Shown here: positions 13,701 through 25,990 of the stretch, one piece after another | How positions within the stretch are numbered: position 1 is the stretch's first letter | How the letters are laid out: each line of letters opens with the position of its first letter | Assembly (NCBI GenBank): GCA_040954595.2 | Contig: CM082595.2 | Span: 4,240,037 to 4,304,036 of the forward strand | Length of the DNA: 64,000 nt | Source: Balanoglossus misakiensis | Taxonomy: Eukaryota; Animalia; Hemichordata | Direction of reading: 5' to 3' | Position numbers and translations under genes: made by a program | Notes under the pieces: generated by a model | Databases searched by the model: none | What the model was told of the DNA's origin: nothing | The model's input: only the letters and a program-made list of their open reading frames with translations

Positions 13701-16700
13701 CTGGCAGCTGTGTATATATTTTCAGAAAATGCATTAAACTGTTTGGTTTATATTTAGCCAATTTTACAGGGTCAGATTCCTTTTGATTTATCAATGACAG
13801 ACATGCCCACCATATTTGCCTTCACATCAGAGCAAGCTTTCCTGTGTGCGAAAACGTAATTGAAGCCAATTATCTCATCCTTCTTACGCAAGGATCTGCA
13901 TTGCATGAAGTTTTCATTAACAATTAAGCATGATTTAGATGGCTTTGATAAAATGGCATTAAGACATATTCCATCAATCAATCACGTTTTATTTAAATTA
14001 GGTACAATAGTGTTTATATTCTAAATCACGAATGTGAAGCAACTTTGACAATGTCTATGCATAATAACCAATATCTGTAAAGATGTATTTCAAATAGCGA
14101 ATTGAAATCAAGTGTTCCGATTTACAGTACAAAACTAAGTGCGCAACTATATTCAGTTTATTGCGAATGTTTAATATTTAATGATAAATCTGTTCCGTAA
14201 GTTTCAAATAATGAGTTTAGCTCCACGCGTTTAACCCTTCAGTGGCACTTGCGTTGTTCAGTTCAAATCTCGAGGAGCAATCACAAAGCAATCTCGAGGC
14301 AGTATTCTTAGCAAAGATGGCCATTTGTCATTTGCATCTAGGGCAGCAGAAATCCTTCTGAACTCGGCAGACTTAGTTGCTAAGCAGCCACTGCTAGAAT
14401 GCATGGTTATTCACGTGTATCTAAAACACTTGAAACACCATCAAGTTGTATCATTTGCATACGCTTATATCAATTGCCGTTCAGTTCAGTTCAGTTCATC
14501 AACCCGATGAGCTCCATTGACGGTGATATGTGAACTTTCTTTGATGTCTTCAGGGACACTTTGTCTTATTCAGTCAAAATTTAGTAAAGAAATAATTTGA
14601 ACAAAATTAAGCGATTTGAAGAAGGAAGAAAGCTTCTTATATGATGTAACGGTTAACCTGTCATTTTGGACCATACGTTGCAATTTAAAACACTTTTAAA
14701 TCATTTTAAATCTGAGTGACCCCACACCTGTTAAGCTTTCCATCACGAAGCTGTGTTATCAGCTGTTTTTTTTATATAAACAGGTTTACAAATCCGACAA
14801 AAGTGCCAATCAATGTCACCAACATTTGTAGTAATCTGACTTTATAAGTCTTTTCTAGTGTTCTTTGTGCCAAATGTCAAAGTTGCAACAGTCGGTCGGA
14901 CAGACAAGCACCTCTTTGATATAGAATACGGTCGCAGATGAAATGAATAATAATAAATAATCACACTATATTCAATATATATGCAGATGTCTGTTGGCGC
15001 GTTTTTATTCATTGACTAGTGCTTTTGCATTTTCTGAGTCAATGGATTCTTTGTCCAAATTTACTGAATCGAGACAACGTGTCCTATATCGATTGATGGG
15101 GAGACGAGAAGTCGGCCATCATTTAAAGCGCGATAAATGTATTGTAAGAAAAACGAATTCTTACTTTAAATTACATATGACAGAATTAAAAACAACAGGT
15201 ACACTAGTGACACTTGATCAAGTAATGCATTAGATGCTAGCAGAAACAATGGCAAATGAGACCGTATTGAGGACGCTGACCGTATTTAGTAAAATCTATG
15301 GAATGTAATATTGTACTTCACAAAAGACATTCTCGGCGACAGGTGATGGCTGAATCAACCTAATCCAACACCCAAGTTGTTAATCATTGAAAAGTGTATT
15401 GTATGAATGTGACCAGAAAGGGTAATCCGATTTTGAAAATGCAATACAGTTGAGAAAGAAAAAAAATCTGAGAGAGACCTACATTTTGTCAAAGCCTTAA
15501 AGCATGGGGACTTCAGCAAAAAATGCTTCCAATGCGATCAAGTCAATTTGTCAAAACTTGGGAACGACTGGTTAGCTGGGGAGTGATATAGATAAGGGAT
15601 TTTCCGCTAATTCCGAGATCTTGCAAGACTATGTTCATAACAGAAGCAACATGTTGGTACCCAACAGATACAAGTCAAGCTTTTTTATGAAACTAGAATA
15701 GATGCAGAGTTTAACAAAAATATAGAACTTTGTGCCATTTAACACAATATACAACATGTATGTGTTGTTAGTTCTGTGTAATATGAGAATGTGTTAACTG
15801 CCAATAGCCACGCCAGATTTCACAGGGTCTTATGGATACAAGTTCAGATAATCGTCTATTATAATCGCCATGTTCCAAAAGATTCAGAGATAAATCCGGA
15901 TTTTTTCAATAGATGGATTACAGCATGACACATTTCCAGATTCCTCACCACGAATAAGTTACACGATTTATGACACTGCAAAAGTAAAACGTCATCTCAT
16001 GATGTCATTGATATGAATGCATTTTTATTTGACACTCGTTTGAAGACAGATAACTGTAAAATTACGGTTGTGAGTTAGATGTGGGCATGCAATCGGTCAC
16101 ACTAATGATAATGTCATGCATTATTGAAGGTAGTGACCTTTGAAATAAACAGTGTACAACCTTGTTATTCGATGAGAAGATTAATTTGGAAAGGTTTCAA
16201 TAGCCAACACCTGAGTTCATGACAATTTGGTGTTTTACTGGTAGTGTCAATGGTCGTGAAGGTCTGCTCTCTGGTGTATTATTTAAATAACGAAAAGGAC
16301 CGGAAATTATCTTCCCGAGCGCTAGAGTCAAACACCTGATGCGCACTGGGTTGTCGGAAGTGTCCATGACAATAGATAGGGCTGATTTTAGTTTGATAAA
16401 TCGAGACACACTGCCTGCGATTGATGTAGGATACGGAGAAAGCCCCAAGAATAGGACAAGCATTTTCCGCACTAAAATATTGAGCAAGTGTCTGTCTACG
16501 TGCACTTGTAAAGATCCTCTGGACAGATATCAATTACGAAGAGTAAACAAGACCACTAGTTAAACACTTAGTCCTTAATTTTACATGCACATACTTTCGT
16601 CATCAGATTTAATTTCATGCTCGCATGACCATTGTAATTCAGTGGCCGTGCTCAGCCAGCACCGAGCGACAGACCTCCGGAGTATAATGCCCAATAAAGA

Positions 16701-19700
16701 AGTACTGAGATGTGCGTTTGTTTACTTAAAAGTCACAGCACTGAACGCTTTATCTGTGCCATAAGACATTAATGAGAGATAAGATGTTATCAGCCAAAAT
16801 GTGCACTCTGCATGTAGAAGGGATACATACTGGACATGAATATGCACTCCTGAGACAAGGAACAAAAACTGTTCTCGCAGAACAACCAATTTGACATTAC
16901 TTAGCAGAGGGCAGACTTTAGCACAGGCATTCACGGCCATTGACACTTCCAGTAAAAACCCAAAATAGTCAAACATAAACTTGTGTGTGTGTAATTCAAC
17001 AAATAATTTTGGAACGTTACTTAGCATTGGACGGACTCTTACTTGAGACGAGGCCTCTGTAAACACTGGGGCACTTATTTAAAATGGATTCCTGTTAGGA
17101 ATTAAATTGAAAAGGAGTCACGAGCTGCATCCAAATTGCATATTACATCAGTTTTACGCTAACTATCGGCTTGTGGGTTGAATTTCATAAACCATCGGCT
17201 GGCAAATTTGTATAAAACGCAAAGCATTTGGCCAACAACAGTTTTCTAAGACTATAAAAAATCTTATCACCGTCTTCTTTGTCTGTTATTATACCGGTAC
17301 ATCTATATCACAAGAAGCCATCATCAGCAAGCCTGTTTGACAGCCGCAATTTTGATAGCCAATTCCTGCGTGTTTATGACTTGCTAATGGAAGGTTTTAT
17401 ATTCACCCATATAAAAATACTGCGCAGCGGAGAATCGCTCAAAGATTGTGCAACTAAGAGCCTTCACACGTGTACAAAGATCACATAAACATATCTTATC
17501 ACAGAGAGTTCCGGCTCCTAGTCGATCATTACGTCTTGTGTCATATTCGGGCCTGTTAGTGTTCTAGTAGTGTACAATATGTGTTCCAGGATAGACAAAA
17601 AGGTGTCTGCAATGTAACGTGATAAGTGGGTGTTTTGAGAGGAAGAGAATTAGTCCCTGTAGTAATAAAAGTGCAATATTCACCACAGTTTATGCAAATG
17701 ACTTACATGACATGATCACAATGCAGGCACCAGCAATTTGCTAGTGTGCATGGCGAAAATGTTAAGTATGTTTGGAATTCACGCATTAATTAGCGGACAT
17801 GATTTGATGCTGACTTACTATATTAATAAGCTATGCAAATCCCATTAGTATGCAAAATAGTTTGTCAGCTAAGTTCAACGTTCGGCAGCCTATATTGTTC
17901 AGAGAACGATAAGATAACATATGAAGACTTAAGTGTGTAGTCAATACCGCAGAGGTTGTATGACAATCAAAACGTCCGACATGCAATATTTAATATGTCT
18001 TAATTTGAATGTAATAACTTCAATGCACCTAGATATAACTCTTGGGACGCCCTTTCCTTTAGTACTCTGTATAATCAATCACATTTGACTGTCTCATGGG
18101 GGATGTACAGCTAATTGATGAAACAACTATGACATTGTCCAGTAACGCTCTCACAAAACCTGACTAAGAGCGTATTACTTATTTATTATAACAGCGAGAC
18201 TTCATTACAGTGATGCAAACTTTACTATAGTATAGTATCAGTCAATGTCATGTCAAAGATTCCGATACCAAAGAGACTAAAATAATTCTGTTCTTGTAGT
18301 ATTATTCAAAGCGTCAAAGAAATCAGTCGATATGAAACATCTAGAGCGACCTTCCTAAAGTTTATAGGCTTAAAAAAACAGGAAACATTACAGAAACTCT
18401 CCAAACATATCCTTTTTTGTAATCACTCTGGAGTTCAATAATCATGAATGAAGGTTCTGAAACACAAATGATTTATACACAAAGGAATGCTTTTCAAAAA
18501 TACAAACGAGATGTGAATATGCCTGCGACAGCATGTGTTGCAACAGAAGCATATTTAGGTAATGTAAGTTGGCAGTATGGTTTTCCAATGGGGAATTAAT
18601 GTACAGAAAACCGCAAAGAAAACATTATTCATTATGAGACTCAGGAATTTAAACAAAATCACCTTTCTAAAACAGTCACAAGGTCAAAAGGCAATGTTCA
18701 TAAAAACTGACTGAAGTACGTAAAAGTAGCTGTATTTATAGATCGTTTTATATAACGTGAGCCAGTTCTTCGGAATTTTAATGTGTTAAAATGTCCGGCC
18801 TGTTTGACTACTTCCTTCATTTCCTCCCGTAGCAAATTGCAATATACTAAAGAACGGTTACATGGTCGGTAACCCTGAATGTGCTTGATAAACACAGGAG
18901 TGAATTACTGAGAATAATTTCTCATGCTAAAATACCTAGGCATTCTCTCGCCCAGCTATTGCCTCAGCACCATTTTGTATTTCATTCTCTCATAATGAAA
19001 TCGACTAAACACTGCACCTTTTACAGCTTGAAAGCACCAGTACCACAAATCTACCAATGAATTGTGCAGTAATATCACGCGAAGTCAGTTTTATTGAATT
19101 GTGAATTAGATGAGTTCGCCAGCAAGATGAACCTTTGTTGTTTATGCTTTCCGGGCATGTCATTTAAACATCATACCGATGTCAATTTCAGCTAAATTAA
19201 TACATTCAGAGCTTAGCAATGGAAAACAATATCAGTACCATACCCCATCTGCACACAGATTAGCCCCAAATATAGGTTTCTGGTAATGTCAACAAAAATA
19301 TGCAAAAGGGTAAAAAAACATGTCACACATACGAGTATGAATTGATCATTTTTAAATTAGCGTAATGAGGGCTATCCAATACAAGGTTTGTTCCTTGTGT
19401 AGGTCGTTGTTCACACTTGGCCAATCAAGTGTTACTTATTAGCTTAGTTGGTGTCAGAAAGTAATTTTCATGCGTGCCAAAATTTAATAATGCCATTCTG
19501 AATAAATTAAACCGTCGACCTATGATCATGGCAGATAAGAGATAATTCAAGTGACTATAGTGTATCAGGTGAATGACACCAACTATTGTGAAAATTAAAT
19601 GTCTACAAGACAACAGTCCATAATATTTACTAGTCTATGTCGCCGGGAACATTTGACGAAAATGTAATGCAGTCACACTTTGCACTGTTCCTGTGGTGGC

Positions 19701-21616
19701 AACATTGATGGACATCAGCGTCCGTCCCGACAAACTTCTCCAGACAGTCAGCATGTATGGCCCAGAGTGTACACAGGTCGTTTTCTCGCATTATCGACGC
19801 TAGGCATCAATTATGCATGACCAGTGAGCGGCCTCTCTTTTTACGTTCTACCAACTGAAGCGTAGCGTTTTGTCGGATTAACACCTTCCAGCGAGGAAAG
19901 AATGAGTAATGTTATGTGCATGAGGTCTTAGGGCGATTGAACACCTGAAAATATCTTTTATCTGTGAGTGTATATTATTTCGATGTTTAGCAAGTTAATG
20001 CTTGTATACCTGGCTACTAACATTGCGTCCATATGCTCTTCACATCTTTATCTGCCAAATCCAACAACGCCAGTGTACTAAATTGAAAGTTCGATGACTA
20101 ACTGATATCCATGCACACCATCGTCCTAAGCCCACAACACTATAACATTAGTTTTAAGGGGGTTGTCTCATCTGCGCCCGCGGGTATAGGTCCAATACAG
20201 CAAACAATGTGGTTGTTACTTTGTTTTTGCACTGTATACATCATAATGCGTGCTACTTTACATTGTAACATATATTCATTAGCAGTAACAGTGGGCACAA
20301 ATATGGTGTGCATGTTTATAAATAGAAAGGTCACTCATGTGGAGTTCAGACGTCACTCCCCCTTTAACTGGTACAGCATTGTCCCAGTCCTTAGCCGTCA
20401 GGCATTCTCCGTCTGAAATACACGTCTGGCATGGTGACTAATGGCAACACATAACCGTGTCCAGGTAAATTTAAAGAAACGTTTTATTGAATTAGTGGCG
20501 AGCTTGCTTATTACCGAGGCTAGGATACTTTTAATGCAGCTGTGCGTGTGTAGATAGGCTTATTTTGTTTATACACACCTTTGGCGCGTTTGAAGCCTCT
20601 CTTGCCATATTGGTGACATCTCAATTTTGACATTTGCAGCACGCACCGAAGCTCAATTATAAACCGCGAGTGATGACATTTTCCCATTTGAGGAATATGG
20701 TTCACATACTGCTCTTTCGAATATTTCTTCCATTCATCCTTGTCAAGGTGTATTCATCGATTTTCCGTGCGAAGCTAGGTGGGAAAGGATTGCTGAGCTG
20801 GAAAGATTTCCCGATAATACCCTAGTTGTGTCATTATGTGCATGCGTAATATCGTCTACTTGGGGATGTCCCGTGAAAATAGTGGAACCCCACAGCTCGA
20901 ACTGTTATCAAAATATAAGGGGTTTCACTATCGGCAAAATAATATCAAATTAGGTGACTTCCGGCCACTGGAAGGCATATTAGATCACAGCCTAGCAGCA
21001 ACAGGGACAAAAGCTATCTACAAGATTTAACTAATAGTCTTAAGAAGTAAATTCTCTTTTGATAATCTCTCTAGTAAGAGATTATGATGCAGGATTTTCT
21101 CAGGGGCAGGTGTTGTACATGGTACTAAAATACAGGGGAGAGTTACCTAGATTCTTAGGCAATAATACAGTCACTGAATAAAGTATACCGGTAGGTGTAC
21201 ATTTCTGCATACCATCAGCTCAGGTAAAACACTTATGTGTGTAACGACGTCGTCTACTGCAAAGTATTACCTGATGCTTATCCTGTTTCAGCGTAATTTG
21301 AAGTGGTGCAGAAGACATTCCTTTGCGAAGAAGAAACTGATATTACATGTACAATGACTTTTGTGTGGTTATCGAATACGGCATATTGTCACGTTACGTG
21401 TCTACCCATGCCAGGGGACCGCATTGGCCTTTCAACCATTTGTATTGTACTGTATCATCGACAAATTGAACCATAATTACAAGATAACCTCTACTGAAGT
21501 GCGTCAACCCTAGGCGATGTCTGACGGAACAGGTGGAGTACAGCTATACCTCAAAGCAAAAACAAGGAGACAATTTCTCTGTTGATAATGATAAAGTATT
21601 AGGTATATGAACTCAC

Positions 21617-21920
21617 CTCGGTTTTGGTGCAGTTACAGTAAAACAACGGCAGACGGGTGTTTGACTACCCAAGCGTGCATGCCAACAGGTTACTAAGCCG
21701 ACGCCGCGAGTTTTTTTCTCAAAGCAGGCCGAAATATCCCGAATCATCAATGGCAACTTTGCGACGTCGTCAGTACAAGGCAGTCAATTAAGATCATGTC
21801 TCCGAAGTCCAAATTCAAATTAAAATGCGCACCGCATCATTGGTTACCTTGGAATTGCACATTATCAATCATCAAGCCTTCCCACTGATATTGTCGCGCG
21901 CTCTCACGTGATTGGTCGAA
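21617..21920 (-). promoter_or_regulatory. CpG-rich promoter-like segment with a non-coding first exon ending at a consensus donor
   Basis: GAG|GTGAGT donor on the minus strand (exon ends 21,617). CpG-dense 21,645-21,920. Two CCAAT boxes (ATTGG at ~21,839 and ~21,911) and a CACGTG E-box at ~21,905. Only short ATG-initiated frames in the exon. Confidence 0.35.
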
Positions 21921-24900
21921 TTCCAACAGCAATGTCATGTAATCTGCTTAGAACGCAATGTTTCGGAAAATATTTCATGATATTGAATGACATTACAATT
22001 CCTGAAAGACAATTTTTTTTTAATATTGCAGACTCGCGATTTGATAACTCTACAGAATAATCTAATAATATTGGATTGCTGTTTTATATCAATATCAAAT
22101 GGTGCATTGTCATAATTTATTCCCCACAATAAATATATGAATAATTAGTTAATTAAACAGGACAGCATGCTGCTCTTTAAAGCGACGCCGCTGCTCCCTC
22201 CGGGAATGTCTCGAATCTCCATACACAACGTTCACTAATTGCGATGTATTAGCATCATGATAAAAATAGGCGTCACATTTGTTCTACTTCACCCGTTCAA
22301 AAGATTCTTGTTCCAAACATTTCCAACAAATCTATGTTATTAAGTTGCTGGTTCATTATACTTTATCATGGCCTTTATATCTTTATTTCAAAAAAGGTAC
22401 CGCGGTCACAGACGTCAGGTTAGGAACGACATCACACGTACTATACTTTGAGATAATTACAACTTTCACTAAAATTACCAAGCTCAGTCCTCATTCTAGT
22501 GGCACAGCCGTTCAGGTTTGGCCTCTCGTTGTTTGAGGTTTATTTCTGAATGTAATTTGAATTGATTAATCTGTCTGCTGAATATTCATCAAATAAATGA
22601 AGTGACGTGTCATGTCGTCATAACTACAACAGGGGTGATGTGACGTCAGAGAGGTTGCATCCATCAGCAACAGTGTTTTGAAACAATTTACACAACGGAA
22701 GGCCATTTTATGAAACCAATAAATCAACATGAACTGCCCATGAACCAATTACGGCTCTGTGATAACCTAGCTATATCTACCACCTATTATGTTGGACCAT
22801 ATTAGGTGGTACCAGTGACCCAAGGCTGGTGCAAATAAAGTGGTGTATTTCATCGCTTTGTTGGTTAGAGCAAACTTTCAAGCATGAACACGGTTTCTTT
22901 TCTGAACAAAAACACCCTGGATATTATCAGTTGGTTGCCCCAGTGGTGGTATTCTCAAGGAAAATGTGTATCGATGCGTGTTTTGAAATCTCAGAGAAAG
23001 GGATAGTGTTTGTTCATCGCCACGGGCCGTGAAAACAAAACAAATTGGTACACCTTCGAGAAAAAAACAGCTCTGTGTAAAAGGATTAGAATACAAGCCA
23101 GAGACCCAAACCTCACTAAAACTTTTATTGTCCTGTTTTAAGAACTTTTTTTTCAAAACGAGACTACTGAATCCAGATCAGTATTTCCCCCTGTGATAAG
23201 ATTATCTCCCCCAAAGCCTGTAAAGCAACGACAATAGACAACGCTGGTGTGTAAATAATTGAAAATAACACCAGTGATCTGTTCAGTGTTGACCTGAGTG
23301 TAACTGTTTTGTACCAATTGTCACTAGAGGGGTGTCATTTTGTTGAAAAAATGGATTAGCTTGAAAGTTTGCTGAACGACCATGGTTGCCCATTCCCCCG
23401 GGAAAGTGCCATCACCAGGGAGACGGCAGCACTGACATGGAGATAAGGGGACAGTAAAACACGGGGCAACTTTCATCTCACGATTCTAAATAACTGCCAA
23501 CAGCCACGTCGAAAAATCCCTGGTCTTGACACCCGCGGGCTCAACAACAGTTAAATGCGTTGTGTTGTTTGTATAAATCTCGGGATACGAATTATTCATG
23601 CGGGGATATGAATTTAACTTGGGCGGCGATTAACGAATACAAAGAGAATTGTTTCAGGCCTATAATCTGCTTTTGAGCCTTCAAAAATTCATGACCATTC
23701 AATGATAGGGCAATCGCCGCTGTGTTTTGAGGTTCTGACGCAAACACAGTCATAAATATAGCATAATTACATGCAATGAAAAAAGGTTGCCAGGTCGATG
23801 TCATGACCTATGACCCTTGTCCATGGTTACGCCAAAGGGACTATGAGGAACGTACTGTAGCCAGTAAGCAGCCTTATGCTACATGTGTGAACAGCGGGTG
23901 GCATTAAATAAAATGAGATTGTAATCAGTTATTTTTAACAAACAACAGGTAGTCATAATGTTTTCAATGGTCCGCATTACATCCACGTCGACAGCATTTA
24001 ATCAGACTACCCACTGCATGTACTTTGTTTGCTACCCACGGGGAAAAACGTAAACAGCCTTACATAGAGTGAAATGTTTATTTTTGTAGGTCATGGTAAA
24101 CATGCATTTGTTTGTTCTGATGGTGTTTTAGTATGTATTTACACTTCCATAGGTAATGTGATATTTTCTCTTAGACTGTTGGAATGAATGAATAAACTTG
24201 GGTGTAGCTACATGTTTAAGCATGAAGGTAGTAAGTTGTTGACAGACATCTCCTAACACAGAATGTGTTGCAATTTTTCATCAATAAAAACAAGATAATT
24301 GATTATTAAAATTCAGTGCTACCAGATATAAATAAATGTGTAGATAATACTGGTACTTTTTTGAATGCACCCTAACGTGGTGTTGTCATGCATACAAAAT
24401 AGTCTTGGTTGCCACGATTCCAATAACATTGGAAGTTGGCAAGACTTAGAAATTGATTCAAGTCGCATCGTGAAAAAAAATTAATCTCACAGATTCAGGA
24501 AAGGGTTACACTTACGTCAGCCCAGAAAACCCGCCTTTTTCATTACAGTGGTGCGATTCTGATTATTCGGATGATTAAGGTTAGTTTCAAATCCTCGCTG
24601 TCTTGTGACGTCACTCTGTTTTTTGAAGACAGAATAAAAACCATTTCAAGGATTACTGATATCTTCACGCGAATACATCGGCAGATATCTCAGGCACAAT
24701 CTTGAATTGTGTCAGAGAAAAGTACTTCTGTAATGTTTTGAGACACTTGCATTTTTTCCCCGGTTTAAAACATACCTGCAATGACCATCGCTTTAGGATA
24801 CACCACTGCTTTTCCTTGGGTTGGTGTTTTTTAATGACCTCAAAGTCTCTCCGAGTAACTTGATGCGACAAACTGAAGTCTGTAAGATCAGCTCATGCAT

Positions 24901-25166
24901 TAAACAATGTAAAACGAACTAACCCACGAGTAGTAGTCTCAGCTGGGACCTGTACAGGTGAAAGTGGCAATTGACAACAGGTTGCCCAGGTTACGTACAT
25001 TTACCCCTCGGTGGTTACAATTGTGAAGATTTGTGTCTACGGAGTAAATTCACAATACCCGTTCTGTCTGCACTGATGGTACAATAGATGTGCAATGAAT
25101 CGTTACTTTCTTCTATTTGCCTCCGTTCTGTAAACACAAATGGTTATAGGCAGGGGACATTTGTGG

Positions 25167-25250
25167 CCTTTCATCACGATGGTTTAGCCCAAATCTACTA
25201 TATTCTATGGTAAAGTTGGACCGGTATAAAGGAAAGCAGGGGTGAAAGGG
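25167..25250 (-). mobile_element. ~85-bp piggyBac-type MITE (copy 2, inverted and diverged)
   Basis: Ends CAGGGGTGAAAGGG|TTAA, the reverse complement of the start of copy 1. The interior (tggtttagcccaaa...ttctatggtaaagttgga) aligns to the reverse complement of 6,811-6,897. Left TIR decayed (cctttcatc). Confidence 0.7.
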
Positions 25251-25679
25251 TTAACTGCTGGAGCCTGTAATGGTTGTGAGGCGGACTGTAGATACATGGA
25301 CGTTACGATATTGCGACAGTATCCACGACAACCAAGTGATCACCTAGGTGCCTCTGAGGTTTATTGTTCGACCGACCCTCTTATAGCTGTCACGACAAAA
25401 CACCATTGTTTTTGACTGGGTCATTTGCTTCTCCAAACAATCAGCCCTCTACGGCAGGATTGGTACGTGGTCGTAGCAATCATGGCTATTAAAGTGAACT
25501 TGTATTCATGTATTAAAGGAAGATAGCTAAACAATTTGCTATTTTAGTAACTTAATTCATCCAGTCGATCAACCCTTCTATTTTTAATTTCACCGAAAGT
25601 GGGTAAATGATGTTGCCACTATTGGTATATGGAGACCCATCTCTAAGAATTTGTTTGTATTTATGTTTCTGTTTGCCAG

Positions 25680-25806
25680 ATGATTTGGCACCTGTATTGG
25701 AATCCCTTCCAGATACTCATATATAACTAGTTTATCCTGGATGAAGTTCTCTGCACAGTGGACCCATGTTTCTCCTGAGTTTGATCCCTCGGCCTCTATT
25801 TTCAAA
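25680..25806 (+). other. Candidate spliced exon, probably non-coding or 5' UTR/start exon
   Basis: Long pyrimidine tract ending tttgccAG and donor AAA|GTAAGT. Stops occur in all three frames from the acceptor. One frame has ATG AAG TTC...TTC AAA open to the donor. Confidence 0.35.
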
Positions 25807-25892
25807 GTAAGTCATGTATATTTATGTGTTGTGTGCAGTTTCAAACCGAGTCCTGTAAAGAAAGACAAGCTCAGAAAACATTTACTGGGTCA

Positions 25893-25990
25893 GCATTACA
25901 TATAGGGTTGTGTCATTACATATTTGGGTAGTATTACATACTGGGTTAAGTGTCAGTACATTTTGGTAACAGTTACATACTGGGTTAAAG
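25893..25990. repeat. Degenerate ~20-bp minisatellite (about 5 units, core ttacata-ctgggt)
   Basis: Units cattacatatagggt, cattacatatttgggt, tattacatactgggttaa, cagtacattttggtaa and gttacatactgggttaa. Confidence 0.55.

Noticed and set aside
16197-17066. Cluster of 74-114 aa ORFs on both strands
   Set aside because: No recognisable motifs or consistent splice signals; compatible with chance.
21380-21420. V-Y-P-C peptide as a possible penultimate EML exon
   Set aside because: In-frame TGA shortly upstream, no DDFG-like motif, and no suitable phase-1 donor just after it.
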